From Candidatus Latescibacterota bacterium (lineage in GTDB: Bacteria; Latescibacterota; UBA2968; GCA-2709665): a stretch of DNA of 64,000 nt. Below the pieces are notes generated by a model. That model saw only the letters and a list, made by a program, of their open reading frames with translations, did not search any database and had not been told where the DNA came from. The stretch spans positions 1,920,001 through 1,984,000 of the forward strand of contig CBDDDZ010000005.1 of NCBI GenBank assembly GCA_965226795.1. The letters are read 5' to 3'. The position numbers were made by a program, and so were the translations under genes. Below, piece by piece: positions 39,220 to 50,960 of this stretch (the stretch's first letter is position 1; every line of letters begins with the position of its first letter).

Positions 39220-39770
39220 TCAGCGGGGCGGCAATGTCGACATCCGACCTCTCATTTGTTTAGCTACTCGGCTGAGGGGTACGGGGGGAAGAAGCGAGGT
39301 ATTTGCGCCGCAGGGCCACTCGACTTCCGTCCTACGAGTGTCGACGTTGACCAGTTTCCCATCGAAATGTGCAACGCTGACTGTGAACGACAAACAGCCG
39401 TCGATGCAAACGTGAGCGTAGCTCCTTTCGTCAAAGGCCGTATACACCATTACCGCACAACACATTCCTTTCGCCTTAAGATAATGGATAGTCGCGAAAA
39501 CAGTTTCGCCGTCCCACGCGACGTGAAACCACTCGAAAGGCGAATCTAGCAATTTCGGATCAAGGGAGTCTTCGCTATTGAGCAATGGGCGAACGACGTT
39601 TCTGTGAAGCAGACACTCCTTCGGAAGTACGGTCTGATCGTACTTGAGCTTATGCCTTTCGCTGGCCCTGTCTTGGCCTCCGTACGTACGGTACAAAGCA
39701 CCCAGCATTGAACCGTTAAACCAGCCCGATTTGTCGTTGATATATGGGTATCCATTTTGCCGGAACAATC
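39220..39770 (-). pseudogene. Probable 5'-truncated hypothetical gene cut by the IS1182 end
   Basis: The frame stays open up to the CTAG/IS boundary, has no convincing start or RBS, and is AT-richer than core genes. Confidence 0.35.
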
Positions 39771-39774
39771 CTAG

Positions 39775-41216
39775 GAGTCTGCGCCGCAGGAAAATTCATT
39801 TCAATGGACAGGTAATGGTAGGTATAATGGGTCGTGCAGTTTAGAAATGTCAAGCAGTAAAGAGGTTGAGAGTTGTGTCAACGGAGGGAGCTATCGATGC
39901 CGACGACCTTTCGTGCGTATCACCCGGACCAGATATTGCTGTTGGCGCCTGATCTTCGGGAGTGGGTGCCTGAAGGTCATCTGTCGCATCAGGTGAGCGA
40001 TCTGGTGGATTCACTGGATCTGGGATCATTCTACGCGCCGTATGAAGGCGATGGGCGTCGCAACGCGCCTTATGAGCCATCGATGATGGTGAAGGTATTG
40101 ATATATGGGTACGCGACGGGTGTGTATTCGTCTCGTGCGATCGCTCGGAAGCTGGAGGAGGACGTGGCGTTTCGTATGTTGGCGGCAGGCAATTTTCCAC
40201 AACACCGGACGATCTGCGAGTTTCGTCGTCGTCACCTAAAAGATTTCGGGCGTTTGTTCGTAGAGGTGGTTGGTGTGGCGCGGGAGATGGGTCTGGTACA
40301 TTTCGGGACGCTCTCTTTAGACGGCACGAAGGTACGAGCGAAGGCGAGCAAGCGTAAGGCCATGAGTTACGAGCGGATGTTGAAGGAACAGGCTCGTCTG
40401 GAGAAAGAGATCGAGGCGTTGCTGGCGGGGGCTGTGTCGATTGATGCCGAGGAGGACGCGCGTTACGGCGCGGATGTTCGTGGCGACGAGTTGCCGGTCG
40501 AGTTGCAGCGCAGGCAGGTTCGTCTGGCGGCGATCAGGGCGGCTCGGGAGCGTCTAAAAGCATCGCAACGAGCCGTCGACGATGCGCGCGGGCGCAAGCC
40601 CGGTCAGGATCGCAACCCGAAGGGCGGGCGGCCTTATAAAAGAGCTTATGGCGAGCCCGACCCGAAGGCTCAGAGCAACTTCACGGACCCCGAGTCACGG
40701 ATCATGAAGACGAGCGCGGAGGGTTTCCAGCAGTGCTACAACGCGCAGACGGTGGTGGACGCCGAGCGTCAGATCATCGTGGCTGCGCATCTGGGGTCAG
40801 CGGCCACCGATCAGGGCTTTATGCTCCCTTTGCTGGATGGGGTGCAAGAGACATTCGGGGTCACGCCCGGTGCGGTTCTGGCGGACGCGGGCTACTGCAA
40901 CGAGGAGGACTTGGCCACGCTTGAGGAACGTGGCATCGATGGTTACGTGGCGCTGGGGCGGGAGGGCAAGGAAAGGGTGGACGTCGATTCGGAGACGCTT
41001 CCGGCGACGCATCGCATGGGCGAAAAACTGGCGAGCCCGGAAGGTCGGGGCCTGTATGCGAAGCGCAAGTGGCTCTCGGAGGCGCCCAACGGATGGATCA
41101 AGGAGATATTGGGCTTCCGACGCTTCAGCTTCCGGGGTCTGGAAAAGGTGCGTGCCGAGTGGGACTTGGTCTGCCTGGCGTTGAACGCCAAGCGGATGGC
41201 AGCGTTGACGATGTAA
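39775..41216 (+). mobile_element. IS1182 family element (transposase 39897-41216)
   Basis: YGYATGVYSSR.I, HRTICEFRR, DGTK, TDPESRIMK, YNAQ, ADAGY and GFRRFS.RG. Putative left end GAGTCTGCGCCGCAG follows CTAG; no matching right inverted repeat seen. Confidence 0.9.
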
Positions 41217-41267
41217 TGATCAGTTCGAAGATCGTTGCGACTGTAATGCTGCCGGTCCAATCATTTT

Positions 41268-42587
41268 CTAACGCCGCAGGGATTTCGCTCCCCAATCCTC
41301 CTCAAAACAAAAAACCACGTAGTCGTCGTCCTCATCCACGCCACCTGCTTCAAAGGTCGCTCCTTGTATTGTTCTTCCTGCTGCAGGCCAAACGTGGATT
41401 AGGTTCGTGTTGTTACCGAAAGCCGCGAACTGAAAGTCGGTTGCATCCATTCGACCAGCCATATACTGCTGCAAGAGCCTTGACGATATCTTGATTCGCA
41501 TTGCACCCTCATGCATATCAACCCTTGTACCCTTATACCAGCCGCGGGCGATCGGACGAAACGCGCCTTGTCGGTGGATTTGCCTAACCTGATAGCCTTC
41601 GAAACGCGCGCGGGGGAGTTGAGCCGCCAGCATGTCCAGTCTCTCGTATTCTCCGTCAGCGACACCCTTTCTTGGGTCAAAGTAGGTTACGTTCCAGACC
41701 ACGTCTTGCCGTGGTCCCAAAACGACTCTCCTGTCACGAAAAGGCGAGAATACGCAAACGATGTCAATACCGCTAAGCTTTCTCAGCGCATGCCAGATGA
41801 TCTCCTCTCCACGGGTTTCGCGCCCGAGGTGGACCGCTTGTCCGATGTAGCGAAGCAACTGGCACCCTGCGTCGAAAAGAAAGACTACACGCAGGTGTCC
41901 ACTCCCCGCGTTCTTAATCTGCTTCGACTTCTTCTTGAGTGAATTAAAAATGGGGTTGTCCTCCAAATCATACGCCACCGGAGGCATTCTGCAAAAGACG
42001 GCGGGCTGTCTAGTCGGATGTTCGCGCCAAGCTATGAGCGCGTCTGTGCGACCGCGTGTGACGCGCAAGTTTTGCATGCGATCTGGACACTTCCGCCCGT
42101 TAAGCCATTCACGCAACTGCCCTTCAATATTGGCAGTCATCTGGAAATCCGGATCAACACAGCGGTCGCGCCGGAAGCGACCATCCCAATAGCTACGGTC
42201 CATAAACTCAAATGAAAGGTGGCGTCCGGCGTTCTTCGCAATGCGGTCCGCGCTCGAAGAGATAATGTTCGCCGTCCTTTCCATTGCATCTTGGCCCGAG
42301 AAACTGTCATCGGATAGGGCACGTACCTCCACAACAGCTCTGGCTGATGGGAAGAGATTTCTAGACAGTGCATCGGGTCGGCGGCCATTGCTGAGGACAG
42401 GTTCGAGACTCACATCTGCGACTTGTGCGATTGCCCAGAGCATCGACAACTCCGCCTCAGCTGCCAGCGCGTTGCGCGTGTTTGTGCTCTCCAATCTAGA
42501 AAGCAGATCATTGACTTTGGATGTGCTGGTGAGTAACGAGATATCGTCAATCATCGCGCTCAAACGTCGTCGCGCAAAGATAGGCAT
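41268..42587 (-). CDS. Hypothetical protein with a possible PD-(D/E)XK-like nuclease motif
   Basis: 439-aa intact ORF with AEAEL...RRPDA...VVEVR; downstream of and co-oriented with the Gabija-like pair. Confidence 0.7.
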   Translation of the reverse strand: MPIFARRRLSAMIDDISLLTSTSKVNDLLSRLESTNTRNALAAEAELSMLWAIAQVADVSLEPVLSNGRRPDALSRNLFPSARAVVEVRALSDDSFSGQDAMERTANIISSSADRIAKNAGRHLSFEFMDRSYWDGRFRRDRCVDPDFQMTANIEGQLREWLNGRKCPDRMQNLRVTRGRTDALIAWREHPTRQPAVFCRMPPVAYDLEDNPIFNSLKKKSKQIKNAGSGHLRVVFLFDAGCQLLRYIGQAVHLGRETRGEEIIWHALRKLSGIDIVCVFSPFRDRRVVLGPRQDVVWNVTYFDPRKGVADGEYERLDMLAAQLPRARFEGYQVRQIHRQGAFRPIARGWYKGTRVDMHEGAMRIKISSRLLQQYMAGRMDATDFQFAAFGNNTNLIHVWPAAGRTIQGATFEAGGVDEDDDYVVFCFEEDWGAKSLRR

Positions 42588-42838
42588 GGGCTGTGGTATT
42601 CCTTTCGTCGAGATTCGTCAAGCACCCGACATGGGCGAGCGCATCGTATCTGAACAGCGCCAGAATAGGGAGGCTGCGCATAGAGAGAATACGAGACCAC
42701 GTTGGGCGGCAAAATCTGGTCGGGCTGCTGTTGAAGGTTAGAGGTCCAATCCATCGGATGTGGTACTCGGGACGCGTTTTGTTCCTATCTTGCAGTCATT
42801 CAATCTACTGCTTTCAAACCATGTTTATGCTGTGTACT

Positions 42839-44725
42839 TCACATTCGGACCACCTCTTGGTCCTCGAACCAGCCAACACTGGAGATATGGCTGGCGACCT
42901 TGTCCGCCTCTTTCGTGTACACAATCACGGCGAGGCTCCGCTGAGCCCTGCTGCAAGTAACGTAGAAGAGACGTCGGGTTCTGTCTACGGATGTGTCCTT
43001 CCCTTCACGCCGGTTCTTTTCATCTGTGTTCGTCGGAGCTTTCGCCCCAAGCAACTTCTCATAGCTGAACATGAAACCGCGGGCTTCGTTGTCATCGAGG
43101 ATGACCATGACTCGCGGGAACTGAAGCCCTTTGATGCCTTGATGTGTTCCGAAAGGCGACCTGTCAGAGATGTACTCTGCATAGGCTTCGAACTGACTGA
43201 ACGGGACAGCAAGCGCTTCCCGCCAAGCATCGACCTCAGGATTCCTGTCGTCTTCCGCATCTGCGGGAACTGACTCTACCTCTTCTCCCTGCCCATCAGA
43301 GTCGGACAGGATGGGCGCAAATACATCGGGGATACCGAACAGGCCCTCGTGATCGACTACCTCGAGAATATCCAACAGGATGGGATCTGCGCCATCGTTC
43401 CACAGGGAGAACATGGACTCCACAGACCTCCCAGCCTTGCGGATTTCCTCTAATGAAGTCGTGCTTCCGCTCAGTCTTTCGGGAGACATGATCGGGGAGT
43501 AATCCTTTACGACATGAGCCACAGCAAACCTATCTTCGGATTGCATGGCTTGAACCAATGGAAGAACCTGCTGTGCGAAGAAAGCAATCCCATTCAAAGT
43601 CCCATCAAGCAGACCGGTCCTGAATTTGTCAATGCTGTAAAGCGACTCAAAGAAACGGTCGAAGCCACCCCTGCGCGCGGCCATGTGATGCTCAAGGGTA
43701 AGTACTTTGACCGCCTGTGCGCTCATCCATTCGTCATCGGAAGTGACCTCTGCCATTATCCTGGCCGCTTTCGCTTCGACTTTCAGTTTGTCTAAGTCGT
43801 CAACGTCATTGATTAGAAGCAGTCGCACAACCCCTTCTTGCGCGTCTTGTCTGGGCATCTGCTGTGCGCCGTCCGCTTCCGATCTGATCCGGTTGAGAAG
43901 CGTCACAATTCGTTTGGGACACCTGTGGTTGACGCCAAGCGCTGGTTTCTCCCAGCCTGCCGGGACAGCCTGCTCCAATCCGACTTTCCCGTCCGCGTAA
44001 ATGCGCTGCATCGTGTCACCGAACAGACACAGACTGAATTGGTCGGGATGCTCTGCCTGGAGGGCAAAGAATGCGTCAATCAGGTCTTTCTGAGTGTCCT
44101 GGCTTTCGTCGATGAGCAGGACTGGGTGCTTCCGAATCAGTATCTGACGCATGAGTGGCTTGTCGGAGAGAAACGCTGCTGTGATTGCTATGACCTCAGC
44201 GTGGTTCAGTGAGTTCTTGCCGATGTTTTCGCCGTTTGGGTTGTAGGTGAACTGCTTGATGACATCGAGATGCTGAAGTCGATTCCGCTTTGACTCAATT
44301 TGTACTTCTCGCTCACGGGCTGCCTTTGTTCCCGGCCTCCCGGACGCTTGCTTCTCGCGAAGTTCAGCGATTTCGTTGGACAAACGTAGGCGGAGACAAG
44401 CAGAGATGTCTTTGTGGTATGTGCGGATCTGCTCCCAAGCAAAACTGTGGATCGTGGACACGGCAAAGATGGGATCGAAATCTGTTCTGCGCCTAATCTC
44501 ATCACATGCGGCATTGGTGTAGGTTATGACAGCAACTTTCTGGCCCGACTGCCGGAACTGCGTGCCATAGCGGATCCGAAAGATGTCCATTGCCTCAATG
44601 ACCGCCCTTGTCTTGCCGGAGCCAGCGCCGGCATAGAGGAAGAAGCTCTTGGGCTTCTCCAGGTCGAGACACGCCGCAATCGTCTTTCTGAGTTCATCCC
44701 CTTGAGCGACTGCCTCAGGCATCAT
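42839..44725 (-). CDS. UvrD-like helicase (Gabija GajB-like)
   Basis: AGAGSGKT, ITYTNAA, DESQD, GDTMQRIY, HQGIKGLQF and RRLFYVTCSRA; coupled to an OLD nuclease gene. Confidence 0.88.
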   Translation of the reverse strand: MMPEAVAQGDELRKTIAACLDLEKPKSFFLYAGAGSGKTRAVIEAMDIFRIRYGTQFRQSGQKVAVITYTNAACDEIRRRTDFDPIFAVSTIHSFAWEQIRTYHKDISACLRLRLSNEIAELREKQASGRPGTKAAREREVQIESKRNRLQHLDVIKQFTYNPNGENIGKNSLNHAEVIAITAAFLSDKPLMRQILIRKHPVLLIDESQDTQKDLIDAFFALQAEHPDQFSLCLFGDTMQRIYADGKVGLEQAVPAGWEKPALGVNHRCPKRIVTLLNRIRSEADGAQQMPRQDAQEGVVRLLLINDVDDLDKLKVEAKAARIMAEVTSDDEWMSAQAVKVLTLEHHMAARRGGFDRFFESLYSIDKFRTGLLDGTLNGIAFFAQQVLPLVQAMQSEDRFAVAHVVKDYSPIMSPERLSGSTTSLEEIRKAGRSVESMFSLWNDGADPILLDILEVVDHEGLFGIPDVFAPILSDSDGQGEEVESVPADAEDDRNPEVDAWREALAVPFSQFEAYAEYISDRSPFGTHQGIKGLQFPRVMVILDDNEARGFMFSYEKLLGAKAPTNTDEKNRREGKDTSVDRTRRLFYVTCSRAQRSLAVIVYTKEADKVASHISSVGWFEDQEVVRM

Positions 44726-46957
44726 TTACCTCTGCCACCTCTGTCGAGATAGCGTCAATCTTTCTCGCCTCAAGGTTTTTCTCAAGCCACTTGAGGCCAT
44801 CCGCGATGTAGTTTGGCGGTTCTATAGCTGGTCCGGCTCACTCAGGTAGAGTAGCTCCAAGGCCAACTCAGCCTTGCTGCCCTTCTCCAAGTCGGAAAAC
44901 ATATCGTTGCTGGCATCTTCGAGGGTGTCCTTTCTGAGAGCCGCTTGGAGCTTCTTCAATAGGCCTACCGGTTTTGCATACCCCCGGAAAAGCGCAAGAT
45001 TCGTCAAGGCCAGTGAATCCTCAAACGTATAGGGTATCGCCTCTCCTTCACTTTCACCCTCCTTGTATTCCACAGTGATAGGGCACTGGTATGCGACCCT
45101 GACGAGCCCATCCGCTGTCTGTTTCGCGTTATCCGGCAGATCGAGCAGATCATCAAGTGGTTCCTTCTTGGGCACCCAGTCCTTGAGTGTGGTGTTTCCT
45201 GTTCGGTAGCCTTTGCCGCGCTCCGGACGGGCCTTGGCAGTGTCAGTTTTGTGAATCGAGTCCAAGTCTGTAACGACCAGAGACAGAAGCCCAAGAGTAT
45301 CCAATAGTGGTTTCAAACGATGTGCATGGGCGCCCCCGATCTCAAGAAGCGAGATGTAGCTTTGGTCCAGCTTGGGGAACTTCTCCCGGACGAAGTGGGG
45401 AATCAACATGCGTTCAGCCGAACCCTCCACGAGGATGGCCGCATCGGCGAAAAAGAGATCACAATGGGTTGTCCGAAGATAACGAGTGGCAAACTTCGAG
45501 GTCTCATCGTGGTCGCCGAACGTCTGCGAGAGATTGATAACCGTTGCCGTGGGAATCTCCCCATTCTTCTTGGCTGGTTCCCGACGGAAGTAGCGCAGGC
45601 AAGAGAAGTCCAGTTCATGAGCAATATGTGATGAGTGAGTGCTGACGATCATCTGCGTGCTGAAGGAAGAATCCGCAGGCGCAGCGTGGCGCCGGAGCAC
45701 TTTGTAGGCTTTTTTGATGAATACCTGCTGAACCTGCGCGTGCAGATGAGCTTCGGGTTCTTCAACAAGTACGACGTGCAAGGGTTCAATAGCAGCACCC
45801 TTGGTGTCTTGACTCTCGGCCGCTTTCCCAATCCGCATCCATTCGTCCCTGAATCGGATCAGGTTGAATACCATCGAGATGAGGTTCTGGTAACCCAGTC
45901 CGTTGTATTTCTCGGGCAAGGACAGCGAGTCTGCTCCAGGCAGGTCGAACTGTACTGCGGCCTCGTGATCAAGGCTGTCGCGTGGATCGATCTTGCTTGT
46001 TATGGAGATTTTCGGGTCACTGAATCCCGGATAGTTGAGACCCTCAAGTTCTCCAATGGCAGGCTTGAAGCTCGTCTTTAACGTCTCGTTGAATACCGTT
46101 TTCGCCGCTTCGATCGCCTCCAGAGCCTCGATATCACTCGCCTCCGGGGCCTCTGATGGATTCAAGTGCTTGGAGAAGCAACGGCGCAGCTGAGTCGAAA
46201 GGCTTGCAAAGCCACTGTGTGACTCATCTTCTGTCTTGGGATCGGAAAAGCCTCTTTGGGCAGTGATTACGTCAATCTTGATGAGACCATCGAATGGATG
46301 CTTCTTGAGCGGATCGCTGCCGGGCGGAAGCGACTGAGGCTTGGCGATTCCCTGCACCGGATCTTGGCGCTGCGTGGGGTCGAGAATGTAGGACTGGACT
46401 TCGAACTGGCTGTGAAGCCGTCTGTCCAGAAAGTCCCTCATTGAGTTTGGCCATAGAGACGGCGGTGACTTTGCGTTGGTGGAAGCTAACTCGGCGGCAC
46501 GTGCCGATTTGTAAGCGCTTCGGAAATCCTTGTAAAGTTGCTCCATGTTCTTTGGTGCTAACACAAGCCTGACTCCCAGCAATTCCCTGGGTGTCCAATC
46601 CAGTGTAGGGAGAAGATGCGCGACACGGTGAAGGTCTTTTTCGTCGGCTGTGAGCCAAACATCGATGGAGGGTAGCAGGGGTAGCAATGCGTCAACGGCG
46701 AGTACTGCTTCTTCATTGTCGGCGGAAGCCACCCACTGTGCTCCGAGGTGATTAAAAGACGACCAGTTTGAAAGGGTGAAATCCGTGGTAGCAAAGGCTT
46801 TGCGGCGGCTCTGCTTGAGAAAGAGGATCAGAGCATCCATTGCGGATGTTTTGCCGCTATTGTTCGCGCCGACGAAGATCGTCTCCTGTTGCGCGATCTC
46901 GACGCGGCATGCCTTCAGCTTCCGGAAGTTCTGTATCTCAACAAAGGCAATGTGCAC
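44715..46957 (-). CDS. OLD-family ABC ATPase/TOPRIM nuclease (Gabija GajA-like), frameshifted near the C-terminus
   Basis: GANNSGKT, EEPEAHLH, STHS, VEG..E and TDLD. The ORF stops at 44822, but the PPNYIADGLKWL tail continues in another frame to a TGA at 44715 overlapping the helicase start. Confidence 0.85.
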
Positions 46958-47013
46958 TCGATATTCTCCCATGCGTGGCAGAGTGGTTCAGCCGTTGCAT
47001 GCTCCATATATCT

Positions 47014-49091
47014 TCAAAAAGCCACCAATCTCTCCCCGAATTCGACGCGGAGATTCCATTTCTTCGTCGTATTTAGGGCTGGCTCAAGGCAGACGAAGAT
47101 GCCTTCCATGCCTTTGAGTTTGGCGATTGTCTGTTCCTTCAGATCGTAGTCGAGGCAGACTGTCGCCTCCTTGTGAGAGTCCCACGCGCGGAAGACCACG
47201 TTCTCGGTGAAGTCGGCAAGGGCTTCCGTCTGAACATCGAGCATAAAGCCGTTCTTGAGGAGGACTTCTTGAAGAATTCCCTCCTGGTCGAACGTCATCA
47301 GAAACGCTGCTTCCTTCTCCCGGATATAGGCATCAAGGGCCTCCAAGTTCTCCTCATCCGTCTTCTCTGGATCTGGCACGAACTCGGTTCGGGGAAAGCG
47401 AGACTTGGCGAGTTTGTAGACCTTGAAACCTGGGCGATCGGCGGTGTTCTGCTGAGGGGCGATTCCGGGCAACCGTTGTTTGGCATCGCGGTCCGCCGTA
47501 TCTGCCGTTTCGTGCAACTGCGCGACAACCCGTCTGTTCCGCTCAATGGTAATGTCCGATATTCGGCGATAGCCCTTTTTGTATGCGGGAGTACCCTCGT
47601 CGATGATCTCTGGAATCTGCACGAGAATGAAGGTGCGCGCCCCGCCACTTTTCGCGTTGATTTCCATGACAGCCTGACCGGTCGGGCCTGAACCTGCGAA
47701 GAAGTCTAAGACAAGGTCGCCGGATGTTGTCACATACTCAATAAGACGTGCGAGAATCTCATGGTCTTTTGGATTGTCGAAAATCTTTCCGTCTAGGAGC
47801 TTGCGAAGGTACTTGATCGTCACTTGCGACTGTTTGTATAGAACACTGGGCATGACCTGGAGCCCCATCTCTTCCTCACTACCGTTTTCGTCCGCGTCTG
47901 GCTCGTCGTCGAGGAGTTCCTCCGGGACCGGGATCAAGTGCGCCTTTCGCATAGGTGGTTTTGTGTGGTCCTCACGAAACATGACGAGTCCGAGGTCGAT
48001 CTGGCGTTGCATTGACTCAGAAGTACTGAAACGCCAGCCACTCTCTGGTACCTCACATGATTTTCCCGTGTCAGGATGGATCACGTCATAGCGGGGCCCG
48101 CCTCCGCCAGGCCAAGAAATGTCTCTGTCACGCCACGGTCCCCACTTGTCGATTTGTTTATACCTCGAGAGTTTCTTCGACGGATGCTTTGTTGGGAGAT
48201 CCTTGTACCATTGACGAAGCTCCGTCTCCATGGCCCCATAGTCCTCTCCGTGGACTTCCTTGAGCTCCAGCCACTTTTTGCAGATTTCTTTCGCCCCCGG
48301 CTTCTGCTCACGCCAGACTGTCTTCAAGTCTTTCAAATGCTGGAGGTCGCGAGCGTAGCAGACAACATAGTCGTGCCCCAAACTGAACAGCTTTGCATCG
48401 TTCTTCCGGGTCTTCTCCCATGTGAGCTGAGCGATGAAATTTTCCTCGCCGAAGGCCTCGTCGCACAGCCTGCGCAGGTGATGCGCCTCATTGTCATCGA
48501 TCGATATTAAGATGACGCCATCGGGAAGCAGGAGCTGTCGGGCAAGGAGCAAGCGGGGATAGAGCATGTTCAGCCAGTTGGAATGAAAACGGCCGTCACT
48601 CTTCGTGTTGGTGTCAACTTTCACGCCATCTGCAGTTACCCCAATGTGTTCCCAGTATGTTCCTCTGTCTTCCTTCCATGTGTCGGAATATACGAAGTCC
48701 TTGTCCTTGTTGTACGGCGGATCAATATAGATGCACTTGACCCGGTTGCGGTAGGAGGCGAGCAGACATTTCAAGACTTCAAGATTTTCTCCTTCAATGA
48801 TGGCGTTCCCCTCGGCAAGCCCTGGATTCACAGAGCGCTCGTGATTGTACTCCAAAGATGCGAGCGTCGGCGTGAAGGCGTTGCGCTTCGCGTCGGCCTT
48901 CCCAAACCAACGGAATTCAAAGCGCTCCGACTCCGGCACCAAGTCGGGATCGATGAGGCGTTTCAGCTCGTCCGGGTTGAGAGAGCCCCATCGTTGGTAA
49001 ATAGATCCGGCATAAGCGCTCGGAGTTGCTCCAGACGTTCCTGGTTCACATCCGGCGTGGCCGGCATTCGGTCCATAATGGCCTTGTTCAT
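47014..49091 (-). pseudogene. Type III R-M Mod methyltransferase with a frameshift near the 5' end
   Basis: IYIDPPYN, HSNWLNM, NPKD and DFFAGSG. The N-terminus MNKAIMDRMPAT...LMPDLF is out of frame at GAGAGAG (48979-48985); total length is 2078 = 3n+2. Confidence 0.85.
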
Positions 49092-50284
49092 AACTTGCCT
49101 TCTTCGTTCTCGGAGCGCCATTTCAGAAGCAGTCTGCGGAGCTCTTCCCTGGGCGGGAGTTCCAGCTTGTAACGACTGGCGAAAATACGCTCGTTGCCCT
49201 TGTCGAGCACGTATTCAACGACGGCGTCGTTCTTGTCGGTGCAGAGGATCAAGCCAATCGTAGGGTTGTCCTCCCGGGTGCATACTTCACGATCAAAATA
49301 GTGAACGTACATCTGCATCTGGCCGATGTCGCCATGAGTGAGCTTTTCTGTTTTCAAGTCGATGATCACATAGCACTTGAGGCGCACGTGATAGAAGACC
49401 AGGTCCGCATAGAAATGGTCTCCATCCAGCGTGAGTCGTTTCTGTCGGGCCACGAAGGCAAATCCAGCCCCTAATTCCAGCAGAAACTCCTGCATGTGGG
49501 TCGTAAGGGCCGCCTCCAGATCGCTTTCGAGCAACCGATGCGATTCAGGAAGTCCGAGAAACTCCAGGGCATAAGGGTCTTTGATGATGTCGATGGGGTG
49601 TTCGGTCGCCTGTCCTTCATTGGCGTGTTGCAGCACACCGTCCTTGTCGCGGCTCTTGAGCAGGCGTTCAAAGAGCAGGGTGTTGATCTGTCGTTCAAGC
49701 TGCCGCTTGTTCCAGTGGTTTCGAGCGGTTTGCTGTTCATAGAACTGCCGCGCTTCGTCGTTCTCGACGCGCATCAGCGCGCGATAATGCGACCAGCTCA
49801 GATCGGGATGGAAGCCGGTTGCGGATTCAACGCCCGTTGGGTGCTGTTTTGGTGTCAATTCTCCGCCCGGTGGGTGGGGATTTCCGCTCTTGCCTAATTC
49901 TCTACCCACTGGGGAGAGAATCTTTTGCTGCCTGAATTCTCTCCCCGACGGGGAAAGAATTGCCGCGGCGCGACCAGTGTACGTTTGATAGAACTTCCGC
50001 ATATTCCACAACGATACGGTGGAGTAGCCCTTGCCATAGCGTCCCGTCAGCCGCCTCGACAGATCCTCAATTACGGCCTTGCCGTAGTCAGCCCGTTTCT
50101 GTCCCTTCTGCTCTTCCTCAACGATTTCACGTCCGATCAGCCAATATGCCACCACCATCGCGCTGTTGACCGTTCGGGCGACATGACTGCGTGCTTCCTC
50201 GAGAATGTCGACAATCCGACCGAATAGCGCGGTATCGTCTGGAGCCGGGGTATTCGGGATCTTCTCCCGAACTTTGTCAGGCAT
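49088..50284 (-). CDS. YhcG/DUF1016 family PD-(D/E)XK nuclease
   Basis: YWLIGREIV, LSWSHY, KDPY.LEFL, FLLELG.GF, DLVFYH, IIDLK and GQMQMYV. Confidence 0.92.
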   Translation of the reverse strand: MPDKVREKIPNTPAPDDTALFGRIVDILEEARSHVARTVNSAMVVAYWLIGREIVEEEQKGQKRADYGKAVIEDLSRRLTGRYGKGYSTVSLWNMRKFYQTYTGRAAAILSPSGREFRQQKILSPVGRELGKSGNPHPPGGELTPKQHPTGVESATGFHPDLSWSHYRALMRVENDEARQFYEQQTARNHWNKRQLERQINTLLFERLLKSRDKDGVLQHANEGQATEHPIDIIKDPYALEFLGLPESHRLLESDLEAALTTHMQEFLLELGAGFAFVARQKRLTLDGDHFYADLVFYHVRLKCYVIIDLKTEKLTHGDIGQMQMYVHYFDREVCTREDNPTIGLILCTDKNDAVVEYVLDKGNERIFASRYKLELPPREELRRLLLKWRSENEEGKL

Positions 50285-50960
50285 GCGTGACTCCATTGGC
50301 ACGAGTCTTGAAGACGGAGTACTCCTTGACGGGCGCGTCGTAGTTGACCTGCGCATCGACCCCCAGCGCATGGAAGTGCTTCATGGCGCACTTGATCTTG
50401 TAGACCTCGCTCGCACGAAGTGCCTTCTTGTCCGCAAGCTCGTTCGTGCCCTTTGTTTCAATAACGAAGTAGAACTCGGTCTCTGCGCCGTTGCGCAGGC
50501 GCTTCCGTCGAAGAACAACGCCGAAATCAGGATTGTAGGGGCCGATGGGGGTTGGAATCTGGTAGAAGGCCGGGAGCTTGAGAAAGCAAACGACTTCGTC
50601 GTCGTTGTCCGCAGACCCGGCGAAGTCCCGCTCAATATTGCTGTCGAATACAACACGGTCGTATAGGCCCCGGTTCGGCGTTTCGATGGTGTCCGCGTAG
50701 GTCACGATACTCGGCTCAAGCCGCGAGATGTCGAATTCCTCGCCGCTGGGCGCATAGGTCAAGCCGCGAAGCAGTTCATCCAGTTCAAATTCCCGGATTC
50801 GCGATGACGCTTCGTGAATGAAGCGGGTGGGGTTTGCGGCGATGGCGGCACGGTTGGTTACGTCGCGCAGGATTCGGATCACTGTCGGATAGGCGAGTGT
50901 CGTTCCCTCGCTGATTTCCTCGACCAGATCCACAGCCCCGAACGTGGCACGCAGTCGGCG
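50277..50960 (-). pseudogene. C-terminal nuclease fragment of a type III restriction (Res) subunit
   Basis: FDSNIE..FA, LKLP..Y.IPTPIGPYNPDF and ETKG; the entire helicase region is missing. Confidence 0.85.

Noticed and set aside
42590..42838. Integron attC-like site (TCTAAC / CCCAAC on the minus strand)
   Set aside because: No matching GTTRRRY end, no extended hairpin and no integron integrase.
44822..44824. Stop-codon readthrough (pyrrolysine or recoding) at the GajA-like TAG
   Set aside because: The conserved tail lies in a different frame, so readthrough would not restore it.
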